Part shown: one piece after another, positions 36,272 through 45,159 of the stretch
Layout of the letters: every line of letters starts with the position of its first letter
How positions within the stretch are numbered: the stretch's first letter is position 1
NCBI GenBank assembly: GCA_011369445.1
Contig: DRQF01000189.1
Coordinates: 17,626-81,625, forward strand
Reading direction: 5' to 3'
DNA from: Planctomycetota bacterium
Lineage (GTDB): Bacteria; Planctomycetota; GCA-002687715; DRQF01
Length of the DNA stretch: 64,000 bases
Translations under genes and position numbers: made by a program
Notes under the pieces: generated by a model
What the model saw: only the letters and a program-made list of their open reading frames with translations
What the model was told of the DNA's origin: nothing
The model's database searches: none

Positions 36272-39200
36272 ATGATGCGATTCTCAACCGTTCGTCTTGC
36301 CATCGTTCTCGCCGTCCTCCCAGCGATTCTCCCCGCCCAGGAGTCGAAGCCCTCGGCCACCGGGATTCCCGAATCCTGGATGAATGAGCTGGACTGGCGC
36401 TGTATCGGTCCCGCCAACATGGGCGGGCGCATCACGGCCATCGCCGTCAACCCGAAGGACCCTTGCATGTGGTGGGCGGCCACGGCCTCGGGAGGGTTGC
36501 TCAAGACCACGAACAACGGCAATACCTTCGAGCATCAATTCGACCACGAGAGCACGGTGTCGATCGGAGACGTCCAGGTCTCGCCTTCAAATCCCGACAT
36601 CGTCTGGGTCGGCACGGGTGAAGCGAACCCGCGCAACTCCGTTTCCTACGGCGACGGCGTCTACAAGTCCACCGATGGAGGCAAGACGTGGGAGAGAATG
36701 GGCCTCGAGAAGTCCTTCCAGATCGGCCGCATCGCCATCCACCCCACGAATCCTGACATCGTCTACGTGGGAGCGCTCGGCCGGCTCTACGGGCCCAACG
36801 AGGAACGTGGGCTCTACAAGACCGTGGATGGCGGGAAGACGTGGGAGAGGATTCTCTTTGTCGACGACAAGACCGGCGTGATCGACGTCAAGCTGCAACC
36901 CGGCAATCCGGAAACCCTTCTCGTCGCCACGTACGACCGTGAGCGCGATGGCTTCGATGGGAATCCGCCCGCCCGAAAAATCGCCGAGGGCAGTGGGCTT
37001 TACCGGAGCACCGACGGAGGCAAGTCGTTTACGAAGCTTTCCGAGGGTCTCCCGACCTGCAAGCTCGGGCGCATCGGCATCGACTGGTATCGCAAGGACC
37101 CCAACGTGGTCTTCGCCATCGTGGAGTCCGAGAAGATGGGGATGGTGCCCGAGAATGCGGCCTACGCGGGTTTCACGGGAACGGACGCCGACGTCGGAGC
37201 CAAGCTCACGGAAGTCGTGAAGGACGGGCCGGCCGCCAAGGCAGGTCTCAAGGCTGGAGATGTCGTCCTCTCCGTCGATGGCAAGCGCGTCTACGGGTAC
37301 GCAGACCTCACCGCGACGTTTCGAGCCCATTTGGCCGGCGACTCGGTCAAGGTCGAATACGTTCGAGACAAGAAGACTCAATTCCTGGATCTCACCTTCG
37401 GCAAGCGACCCAAGAAAAAAGCCAGGCGCGGGAGGCGACGCGGAGGGCGCCAACAAGGCCCCGATCGTCCTTTCTCGGGGCGCCTGGGGGGCCAACGTGA
37501 AAACGTCCAGGACCAGCAGGGGCCGAACGGTCACGAATACGGAGGCATCTTCCGTTCCGATGACGCCGGCGTCTCATGGACACGCATCAACTCCCTCGAC
37601 CCGCGCCCCATGTACTTCAGTCATTTGCGCGTCGATCCCAGCGACGACACCTACCTCTACGTCCTGGGAGTCAGCCAGTACCTTTCCAAAGACGGCGGGC
37701 GAACTTTCAAGCCCGACGCCGGACGAGGCGTTCACGCCGACGGTCATGCTCTTTGGATCGATCCGAACGACGGACGCCACATGATTCTCGGCTGCGACGG
37801 CGGTCTCTATGTCACCTGGGAAAGGACAGAATCCTGGGACCATCTCAATCACGTCGCCATCGGCCAGTTCTATCACGTCGAGGTGGATTCTCGGCCCAAC
37901 TACCGGGTCTATGGCGGCCTGCAGGACAACGGAAGTTGGGGTGGCCCGAATCGGGTGCGCAACGACACCGGCCCCGGAAACGAAGATTGGTTTCGTGTGG
38001 GCGGCGGCGACGGCTTCGTCTGCCGCGTCGACCCGAACGACCCGGACCAGATCTACTACGAGAGCCAAAACGGAGGCATGGGACGGACCCACTTGCGCAC
38101 CGGCGATCGCGGGCGCATCTCTCCGAAGCGCCAAAAGAACACCCGCTACCGTTTCAACTGGAAGACTCCCTTCGTTCTGTCGGCGTTCAACTCGAAGATC
38201 TATTACGTCGCCGGCAACTATGTCTTCCGCTCTTTGGATCGTGGCAAGGGACTGAAGCGCATCTCACCCGAGATCTCGGCCACGAAGAGGGGCAGTGCAA
38301 CAGCGTTCGCCGAGTCACCCAAGAATGAGGATGTCCTTTACGTGGGCACCGACGACGGCGGCGTTTGGATGACCCGAGACGGGGGCGTGACGTGGAACAA
38401 CCTTTTCGAAGAGAAGGCCACCGTCGCCGCGGAGCCATCAAAGCCCGCCACGGAATCCGCAGCGACGGCGAAAGGCGAGCCGGAACCAGCGGCGCCCACC
38501 CGGAACGTCGACCCCGATGATGGCGATACCGCACGGCCCCACCCCTCCGCTGCGCCCCGAGAACGCCGGGGGCGTGGCCGCATGGCGGAACGCATTCGCT
38601 CATGGGACACCAACGGCGACGGCAAGATCGAAGCCTCCGAGGCGCCGGAACGCGCCCAGCGGTTCTTTGCTCGGCTTGACCGCAACGATGACGGCGTTCT
38701 CACTCCCGACGAGTTAGCCTCTTTCGGCGCCCGCCGAAGACGGGGTGAGCACTCGGATCCCAGCCGGGCCGCACCTGACGCGACCACCAAGGCCAAGGGT
38801 TCCCGGGCCCCGAACGGCGACACGATCTCGGGGCGTTGGAAGATCGAAATCTCGAGCCCCATGGGTGGCAGCCCCGGTGACGACGAGAGTTTCCTCGTTC
38901 TGACCCTCGGCCCGAAGGGAGTGGTCACGGGAACACTCGACGCACGATTTGGCGGCGACGTGGAGGATGGAAAGTTCGAAGAGTCCTCGGGAGCCCTGAC
39001 CTTCACCCTCACGACCGACTTCGGAGCCATGAACTTCGAGGGCACGGTCAAGAAGGATGTGATCACCGGCCTCTTCTCGGGAGGCGGCGGTCGGTTCACG
39101 ATGGACGCCACGGCCAAACGCGTGCACCCGACCCGCCAAACCGAGAAGCCCGGCGTCGCCTTGGCCTCTCTCATGCCAGGCCGCCGCTGGGTGAGTTCAA

Positions 39201-40123
39201 TCGAAGCCTCACGCTATGCGGCGGGACGGGCCTACATCACCTTTGACGCCCACCGTTCCGACGACGACGAGCCCTACGTCTTCTGCACGGAGGACTATGG
39301 TCAAAGTTGGCGTTCGATTCGCGGCAACCTCCCCATCACGGCCGGCGTCACCCGGGTGATCCGCGAGGACATCGAGAACGAGAACCTGCTCTATCTGGGC
39401 TGCGAATTCTCCGCGTGGATTTCCCTGGACCGTGGCGAGACCTGGACGCGCATGAATGGCGACACCCTTCCCACCGTGGCCATCCACGATTTCGCGCAGC
39501 ACCCGACAGTGGGGGACGTCGTCGCCGCCACCCACGGTCGAAGCCTTTGGGTGCTCAACGTGACGCCGCTCAGGCAGATGACCGCGGAGGCTCTCGCGGA
39601 GCCCGTGCACCTCTATCGGCCCGCCAAGGCGGTCCTCTGGCGCAGCGAGCCCAGGCAAGGCACGACGCTCCGCCGGTTCGTGGGCAAGAATCCAGACACC
39701 GGGACGCGCATCTACTACTCATTGAAGAATGACGCGTCCGATCTCCAGCTCGAAGTCGCCTCCCTCGACGGGAAGCACATTCGCGCCCTCGAGGCCAAGG
39801 CGGACAAGGGCCTGCACGGTGTGGCGTGGGATCTCCGCGCCGACCCCCGTCCGATTCCCCGCCGCCGCGGCGCGACCGGCGGCCGCCGCCGCGGCGGACG
39901 AAGAGGATTCCGTCGAAGGGGGCGCCTCGTCGAGCCCGGCGAGTATCTCGTGCGCCTGACCGTGGACGGAGAGACTCTCACCCAGAAGGTGCGGGTAGAC
40001 ATCGACCCCGAGTTCCCCGACCCCCATTGGCTGGCCGCCCAGCGCGCCGCCGAGGAAGAAGAAGAATTGCTGGGTTCCGACGAGGAAGACGAGGGAGCTC
40101 CTCTGCCCAAGATCCTGAACTGA
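36272..40123 (+). CDS. Sortilin/VPS10-like BNR (Asp-box) repeat protein with inserted PDZ and EF-hand modules, secreted
   Basis: Signal peptide MMRFSTVRLAIVLAVLPAILPAQ. Asp-boxes STDGGKTW, TVDGGKTW, STDGGKSF, SDDAGVSW, SKDGGRTF, TRDGGVTW, EDYGQSW. PDZ-like GAKLTEVVKDGPAAKAGLKAGDVVLSVDGKRV. EF-hand loops DTNGDGKIEASE and DRNDDGVLTPDE. Confidence 0.85.
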   Translation: MMRFSTVRLAIVLAVLPAILPAQESKPSATGIPESWMNELDWRCIGPANMGGRITAIAVNPKDPCMWWAATASGGLLKTTNNGNTFEHQFDHESTVSIGDVQVSPSNPDIVWVGTGEANPRNSVSYGDGVYKSTDGGKTWERMGLEKSFQIGRIAIHPTNPDIVYVGALGRLYGPNEERGLYKTVDGGKTWERILFVDDKTGVIDVKLQPGNPETLLVATYDRERDGFDGNPPARKIAEGSGLYRSTDGGKSFTKLSEGLPTCKLGRIGIDWYRKDPNVVFAIVESEKMGMVPENAAYAGFTGTDADVGAKLTEVVKDGPAAKAGLKAGDVVLSVDGKRVYGYADLTATFRAHLAGDSVKVEYVRDKKTQFLDLTFGKRPKKKARRGRRRGGRQQGPDRPFSGRLGGQRENVQDQQGPNGHEYGGIFRSDDAGVSWTRINSLDPRPMYFSHLRVDPSDDTYLYVLGVSQYLSKDGGRTFKPDAGRGVHADGHALWIDPNDGRHMILGCDGGLYVTWERTESWDHLNHVAIGQFYHVEVDSRPNYRVYGGLQDNGSWGGPNRVRNDTGPGNEDWFRVGGGDGFVCRVDPNDPDQIYYESQNGGMGRTHLRTGDRGRISPKRQKNTRYRFNWKTPFVLSAFNSKIYYVAGNYVFRSLDRGKGLKRISPEISATKRGSATAFAESPKNEDVLYVGTDDGGVWMTRDGGVTWNNLFEEKATVAAEPSKPATESAATAKGEPEPAAPTRNVDPDDGDTARPHPSAAPRERRGRGRMAERIRSWDTNGDGKIEASEAPERAQRFFARLDRNDDGVLTPDELASFGARRRRGEHSDPSRAAPDATTKAKGSRAPNGDTISGRWKIEISSPMGGSPGDDESFLVLTLGPKGVVTGTLDARFGGDVEDGKFEESSGALTFTLTTDFGAMNFEGTVKKDVITGLFSGGGGRFTMDATAKRVHPTRQTEKPGVALASLMPGRRWVSSIEASRYAAGRAYITFDAHRSDDDEPYVFCTEDYGQSWRSIRGNLPITAGVTRVIREDIENENLLYLGCEFSAWISLDRGETWTRMNGDTLPTVAIHDFAQHPTVGDVVAATHGRSLWVLNVTPLRQMTAEALAEPVHLYRPAKAVLWRSEPRQGTTLRRFVGKNPDTGTRIYYSLKNDASDLQLEVASLDGKHIRALEAKADKGLHGVAWDLRADPRPIPRRRGATGGRRRGGRRGFRRRGRLVEPGEYLVRLTVDGETLTQKVRVDIDPEFPDPHWLAAQRAAEEEEELLGSDEEDEGAPLPKILN

Positions 40124-40154
40124 GAGGCGCGCAGGCGTTGGGGCCAAGAAGAAA

Positions 40155-40180
40155 AGCCGGAGCGCGCGCGCGCTCCGGCT
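40155..40180 (-). terminator. Intrinsic terminator hairpin after the tRNA-Lys/tRNA-Glu pair (may also act on the convergent CDS)
   Basis: Stem AGCCGGAGCGCG / CGCGCTCCGGCT. On the minus strand it is followed by CTTTTCTTCTT. It lies between the + CDS end (40123) and the tRNA-Glu 3' end (40186). Confidence 0.7.
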
Positions 40181-40185
40181 TCGAG

Positions 40186-40260
40186 TGACCCCGGCGGGAT
40201 TTGAACCCGCGTTGCCAGGATGAAAACCTGGTGTCCTGGACCTGGCTAGACGACGGGGCC
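40186..40260 (-). tRNA. tRNA-Glu (anticodon TTC)
   Basis: Hand-folded cloverleaf: GGCCCCG-TC-GTC..GAC-A-CCAGG-TTTTCAT-CCTGG-CAAC-GCGGG-TTCAAAT-CCCGC-CGGGGTC-A. CCA is not encoded. Confidence 0.92.
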
Positions 40261-40265
40261 GAGTG

Positions 40266-40338
40266 TGAGGGCAGAAGGACTCGAACCTTCGACCCGCGCC
40301 TTAAAAGGGCGCTGCTCTACCGACTGAGCTATGCCCCC
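40266..40338 (-). tRNA. tRNA-Lys (anticodon TTT)
   Basis: Hand-folded cloverleaf: GGGGGCA-TA-GCTC-AGTCGGTA-GAGC-A-GCGCC-CTTTTAA-GGCGC-GGGTC-GAAGG-TTCGAGT-CCTTC-TGCCCTC-A. Confidence 0.92.
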
Positions 40339-40592
40339 GGCGATGGGCGCGACGCGTCGGTCCGCACCACCGCGAGGATGGTACATCGTGATCGGGCCCC
40401 CTTCAACGGTTCGCCGAAACTGGCGAGAATCAGCAGGGCGCGCCTGGGCGGACGACGGGCGGCAATCAGCCGAGAAGAAAATGGGCGCCATGGGAAACCT
40501 TGTCGGGGACACGAGAGTGCGCGTTGCGCCCGCGAAGCCCCATCATGGCGAAGAGGTGACGCCGATCGCAGGATACAGAGCCCAAGCGAAAC

Positions 40593-41153
40593 TCAGACCT
40601 CCATGATCTCCTTGGACTTAGCGGCGAAGATCCGGTCCACTTCGCCCTCGGCGGCCTTCGTGGCGTCCTGGATGGCTGTCGTGAGCCGACGGTGATCGTC
40701 CTCGGAGAGGACGCCTTCTTTCTTGGCGGCGTCCGCCGCCTTGTTGGCGTCGCGCCGCACGTTGCGGATGGCGACGCGCTGCGCTTCGGCCAGTTCCTTC
40801 ACCTTCGAGACGAGCTGCTTGCGGCTCTCCTCGGTGAGCGCCGGGACCGACAACCGAATGACCTTGCCGTCGTTGCTTGGCGTGATGCCGATGTTCGAGG
40901 CTTGAATGGCCTTCTCGATGTCCTTGATCGCGGACGCATCGTAGGGCTTGATCGCGATGGTCTTGGCGTCGGGGGTGGAAATCTGGGCCATCTGAGACAA
41001 AGGCGTCATCGTGCCGTAGTAATCGACCCGCACGGTCTCGACGAGCCCCGCCGAGGCTCGTCCAGTACGCAACCCCTTGAGCTCCTGTTCCAGAAACTCC
41101 GCGCACTTGGCCATCTTGGCCTTGCAGTCCTCGAGGATGGTATCGAAATCCAT
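40593..41153 (-). CDS. frr: Ribosome recycling factor
   Basis: LKGLRTGRASAGLVETVRVDYYGTMTPLSQMAQIS ... LTEESRKQLVKVKELAEAQRVAIRNVRRDANK are classic Frr motifs. Confidence 0.95.
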   Translation of the reverse strand: MDFDTILEDCKAKMAKCAEFLEQELKGLRTGRASAGLVETVRVDYYGTMTPLSQMAQISTPDAKTIAIKPYDASAIKDIEKAIQASNIGITPSNDGKVIRLSVPALTEESRKQLVSKVKELAEAQRVAIRNVRRDANKAADAAKKEGVLSEDDHRRLTTAIQDATKAAEGEVDRIFAAKSKEIMEV

Positions 41154-41168
41154 GGCCGTGAACTCCTC

Positions 41169-41945
41169 TCAGTGATCTCGCTTGTGTCGCGAGACACGCG
41201 TCCCGATGTTCCCCTCGCCTCGAATCACCTTGAGGATGTTCCCTTCCTCCAAGATGTTGAAGACGATGATGTCCAAGTCCGCCTCACGACACATGGTGAG
41301 GGCGGTGTGGTCCATCACAGCGATCTGGCGATTGATGGCGTCCAAATGGTCGATGGCATCGATGCGCTCGGCATCGTGATGTTTCATGGGATCCTTGTCG
41401 TAAATCCCGCCCACCTTCGTCCCCTTGAGGATCACGTCGCAACCGAGTTCGCGAGCGCGCAAAGCGGCAGCCGTGTCCGTACTCACGAAGGGATTGCCCG
41501 TGCCGGCGGCGAGGATGATGATGCGCCCCTTCTCCAGGTGACGCATCGCACGCCGGCGGATATAGGGTTCCACGACCTGGTCGATCCGAATGGCCGACAG
41601 AACGCGGGTTTCATACCCCATCGACTCGAGACATCCTTGAAGCGCCAACGCATTGATCGCCGTCCCGAGCATCCCCATGTAGTCCGCGGTGCCGCGGTCG
41701 ATGTCGAGATGGGAAAGCTGAGCACCTCGAATGATGTTGCCGCCTCCCGTGACGACGGCGACTTCGATGCCCTCTTCGTGGACGAGGGCGATTTGTCGAC
41801 TCGCGGCTTGAATCGAGGCCTTGTCGAAACCGAATCCGCCCGGTTTGCAAAGAGACTCGCCACTGACCTTCAGAAGGATGCGCCGGTAGACACCATTCCC
41901 ACTCCGGGTCTTCGAGGAGTCTCCTGACAAGCCGTCTTCGGTCAT
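41169..41945 (-). CDS. pyrH: UMP kinase
   Basis: YRRILLKVSGESL, VVTGGGNIIRG, GTAINALAL, ILAAGTGNPFVSTDTAAALRA. The ATG overlaps the tsf stop (ATGA). Confidence 0.95.
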   Translation of the reverse strand: MTEDGLSGDSSKTRSGNGVYRRILLKVSGESLCKPGGFGFDKASIQAASRQIALVHEEGIEVAVVTGGGNIIRGAQLSHLDIDRGTADYMGMLGTAINALALQGCLESMGYETRVLSAIRIDQVVEPYIRRRAMRHLEKGRIIILAAGTGNPFVSTDTAAALRARELGCDVILKGTKVGGIYDKDPMKHHDAERIDAIDHLDAINRQIAVMDHTALTMCREADLDIIVFNILEEGNILKVIRGEGNIGTRVSRHKRDH

Positions 41946-42544
41946 TCCTCGCCCACGCGATACTTGATGAATCGGCGGATGTGGATGTTCTCGCCGAGCC
42001 GCCCCACGGCCTCGTGGAGCAACTGGCCGACGGTGAGTTCTGGGTTCTTCACGAAGGACTGCTCGAGAAGAGCAACCGATTGCATGAACTTCTTCAATCG
42101 CCCCTCGACGATCTTCGGCCAGAACTGTTCGGGCTTGCCCGACTGCTTGGCCTGCTCCATGTAGATTTCCTTCTCCTTCTCGATCAGCTCAGGCGCGACG
42201 TCCTCGGCAGCCAATGCGAGGGGAGCGGGATCCGCGGCCGCGATGTGCATGCAGATATCGCGGGCCAATTCGCCGAAAGCATCGCTCTTGGCGCAGAAGT
42301 CGGTCTCGCACTGCATCTCCAGCAACACGCCAACTTGCCGGTTCGTGTGGATGTAGGACTCGACGCGCCCCTCGGCCATCTCTCGGCCCGACTTCTTCGC
42401 GGCCTTGGACATGCCGCGCTCGCGCAGCCACTTGACCGACTCTTCCATGTTGCCGTCACACTCGGTGAGGGCCTTCTTGCAATCCATCATCGGGGCATCG
42501 GTGAGCTGTCGCAGCTCCCGAACCTGCTGTGCCGTGATCGCCAT
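41942..42544 (-). CDS. tsf: Elongation factor Ts (short ~200-aa form)
   Basis: ITAQQVRELRQLTDAPMMDCKKALTECDGNMEESVKWLRERG is the EF-Ts UBA-like N-terminus. Sits in the rpsB-tsf-pyrH-frr synteny. Confidence 0.95.
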   Translation of the reverse strand: MAITAQQVRELRQLTDAPMMDCKKALTECDGNMEESVKWLRERGMSKAAKKSGREMAEGRVESYIHTNRQVGVLLEMQCETDFCAKSDAFGELARDICMHIAAADPAPLALAAEDVAPELIEKEKEIYMEQAKQSGKPEQFWPKIVEGRLKKFMQSVALLEQSFVKNPELTVGQLLHEAVGRLGENIHIRRFIKYRVGEE

Positions 42545-42593
42545 CGTAGATCCTTATCTGATTCGCTGATTTGACTTGTATCGAACGAGGACT

Positions 42594-43610
42594 TCAGCCC
42601 TCGACGGGTTCCGGCCCCATGGGGCCAGGCTTGGTTTCTCCTTTCGGAGCTTTCTCGCCGACCGGGGCCTCGGTCTTGACGGCCTCCGGGGCCGCATCTC
42701 CGGCCGCGGGCTTGGAATCCTCGCCACCTCGCGCCTCCCGGGCCGCCTCTTCGGCCTGCCGCTTGGCACGCTCTTCGCGAGCTTTCTTGAGAACCTTATC
42801 CAGCTCCAGCTGCTCGGCGGCCTTCCGCTTTTGCTGCTCGATCTTCGCCTTCTTGGCCTCGAGTTTCTTGGCCTCTTCCTCGCTGCGTCGGCGCTCCTCC
42901 TCGGCCAGGAACTGGGCGTGAGCTTGACGGCCGTTGGAGATCGCCAAGGCGAGCTTCTCCGTCAGGACCTGCAGGCTGCGAAGGGCGTCGTCGTTCCCCG
43001 GGATGGGAATGTCGACGGTCTCGGGGTCACAGTCCGTGTCCAGAATCGCCAGGGAAGGGATGCCCATGCGACGGGCTTCCTTGACGGCGGTTTTCTCCTT
43101 CTTCGGATCGATGATGAGGAGAGCTCCGGGCAACGTCTGCATGTTGCGGATGCCCTCCAAGTTGCGAGCGATCTTTCGCTTCTCGCGGAGCAGCCGGGCG
43201 ATTTCCCGCTTGCTGAGGTTCTGGAATCCGCCCCCCGCTTCCATGGCCTCCAATTCCTCGAGACGACGCAATCGCGAGCGAATGGTCTGGAAGTTGGTGA
43301 GGGTGCCGCCCAGCCACCTCTCGGTGACATAGGGCATGCCCAACTTCTCCGCGGTCTCGCGGATGAGCGTCTGAGCTTGGCGCTTCGTCCCCACCATGAG
43401 AACCTGCTTCCCGTCCGCACTCAAGCGCTCGAGAAACCCGGCAGCCCTCAACAGGCCGCGGAGCGTCTCCTTCAGATCGATGATGTGGATCTGGTTGCGC
43501 TTGCCGTGGATGTACGGCGCCATCTTCGGATTCCAACGGCTGGCCCGGTGTCCGAAGTGTACGCCGCGTTCGAGAAGGGTCTTGATGGGAACGATGTAGG
43601 ATGGATTCAC
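42594..43610 (-). CDS. rpsB: 30S ribosomal protein S2 with a ~100-aa K/E/A-rich C-terminal extension
   Basis: The GTG at 43610, with GAGGAG 6 nt upstream, gives (M)NPSYIVPIKTLLERGVHFGHRASRWNPKM, the canonical S2 N-terminus. The listed TTG at 43664 adds 18 non-conserved residues. Confidence 0.93.
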   Translation of the reverse strand: MNPSYIVPIKTLLERGVHFGHRASRWNPKMAPYIHGKRNQIHIIDLKETLRGLLRAAGFLERLSADGKQVLMVGTKRQAQTLIRETAEKLGMPYVTERWLGGTLTNFQTIRSRLRRLEELEAMEAGGGFQNLSKREIARLLREKRKIARNLEGIRNMQTLPGALLIIDPKKEKTAVKEARRMGIPSLAILDTDCDPETVDIPIPGNDDALRSLQVLTEKLALAISNGRQAHAQFLAEEERRRSEEEAKKLEAKKAKIEQQKRKAAEQLELDKVLKKAREERAKRQAEEAAREARGGEDSKPAAGDAAPEAVKTEAPVGEKAPKGETKPGPMGPEPVEG

Positions 43611-43812
43611 GGAAGGCTCCTCAGGCAGGATCGCTTTCCCTCTCCTCGTCCCGAGGAAGGGCAATCGTCCTTAGTCTTTCTGCAAAAGTGGTTTATGGTC
43701 ACTCCCCTGAGACGTCCTCAGAGGCGGATGCCATTGTGACAAGGCGAAGGAGCGATCCCAAGCCCCACCGCGCGCGCCTTTCGAGGGGCCCTGCACCGCG
43801 CTAAGACGTGGA

Positions 43813-44982
43813 ATGAGCAAGCCTTCGACCCTCTTCATCTCCGCGGGCGAGCCTTCCGGGGACACCCACGGCGCCCATCTATTGGAGGCGCTGCGCGAGG
43901 CCGCCCCTGAGCTCACCGCTCGGGGCTTCGGAGGTCGCTTCCTGGCCGGGGCCGGCCTCGAGGTCTTGGAGGATCTTCCCTCCCAGGCGGTGATGGGGCT
44001 TTTTCCTGTGATCAAGTCCTTGCCCCGCATCCGAGACTGGTTCGCCCGGGCTTTGGAATCCTTGGATCACACCCCCCCTGACGCGGTGATTCTGGTCGAC
44101 TACCCCGGCTTCAATCTCCGATTGGCCGCCGCCGCCAAGAAACGGGGAATTCCCGTCATCTACTACATCAGTCCCCAGGTCTGGGCGTGGAATCGCCGTC
44201 GTGTCCGGCGCATCGCCCAGGTCGTGGACTTGATGTGCGTCATCCTTCCCTTCGAGGAAACCTTCTACGCAGGTTCGGGCGTGCCCACGTTCTATGGCGG
44301 CCATCCCCTGGTGGACCATCTGGAGGCGACCCCACCCAATCCCCGCGTGTTGGCGGGGCTTCGGCACATGGGCGGAGCTCCCCTCGTCGGTATCTTCCCG
44401 GGCAGCCGCATGCATGTCGTGGACGCACTCATGCCTGTATTCGTTCGCACGGCGGCCCAGTTGATGAAACGTCCCGGCATGGGGGAGACACGCTTCGTCT
44501 TCGCCGCGGCCGACGAGGAGTTGGCCCTCATGATCCAGGCGTACCCGGGCATTCGCGACCTCCCGCATCAGGTCGTCACGCGCCATCCCTACGAGGTCAT
44601 GCGGGCCGCCGACATGATCCTCACGACGAGCGGCACGACAACCCTTGAAGTCGCCTTCCACGAGACCCCAATGGTGATCGCCTATCGGGTCTCCCCCATT
44701 CTCCACGCCATCGGCCGCATGGTCGTCAAGGTCCCCCACATCGGACTCGCCAACCTGGTGGCGGGTGAAGAGGTCGTTCCCGAGCATGTGGGCTCGCGGC
44801 TTGCTCCTCGGGCCCTGGCCGACGACCTCGAGCGCTTCTGGACAGATGCCTCCGCGCGCGCCGCGTGCGTCGAGGGTCTGCGGCGGGTGCGAATGAGCCT
44901 GTCCGAGCCGGGCAGCTACCGTCGCACGGCCGCCCGCATCCTCGAGGAACTGGGGCGACGCGCCCCCCCTCTCAGCGAGTGA
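43813..44982 (+). CDS. lpxB: Lipid-A-disaccharide synthase
   Basis: LFISAGEPSGDTHGAHLLEAL, VILVDYPGFNLRLA and YYISPQVWAWNRRR are LpxB hallmarks. Confidence 0.93.
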   Translation: MSKPSTLFISAGEPSGDTHGAHLLEALREAAPELTARGFGGRFLAGAGLEVLEDLPSQAVMGLFPVIKSLPRIRDWFARALESLDHTPPDAVILVDYPGFNLRLAAAAKKRGIPVIYYISPQVWAWNRRRVRRIAQVVDLMCVILPFEETFYAGSGVPTFYGGHPLVDHLEATPPNPRVLAGLRHMGGAPLVGIFPGSRMHVVDALMPVFVRTAAQLMKRPGMGETRFVFAAADEELALMIQAYPGIRDLPHQVVTRHPYEVMRAADMILTTSGTTTLEVAFHETPMVIAYRVSPILHAIGRMVVKVPHIGLANLVAGEEVVPEHVGSRLAPRALADDLERFWTDASARAACVEGLRRVRMSLSEPGSYRRTAARILEELGRRAPPLSE

Positions 44983-45159
44983 AGAGCAGATCCAGCCCGT
45001 TCGACGTCGTGGCCAAGGATGGGTCCGATGCATCCGTTCCGAAGACCTGCATGAACAGATTCTGCTCGGGAAGAACGGGAATCCGCAGGTCGAGCGAAAC
45101 CGTCAACGCGACACTTTTGGGATACAATCAAGGCGCGCCTGCCAGCTGGAGTTGGATTG

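Noticed and set aside
40186-40338. tRNA genes as integration hotspots (also 60155..60340): looked for integrases, att-like duplicated tRNA 3' ends or an abrupt composition change.
   Set aside because: No integrase or recombinase gene and no duplicated tRNA fragment are seen. The flanking genes are core housekeeping genes.
45100-45128. TACAAT (-10-like hexamer at 45123..45128) upstream of the BNR protein gene.
   Set aside because: No acceptable -35 hexamer lies at 16-18 nt spacing, so it is not reported as a promoter.
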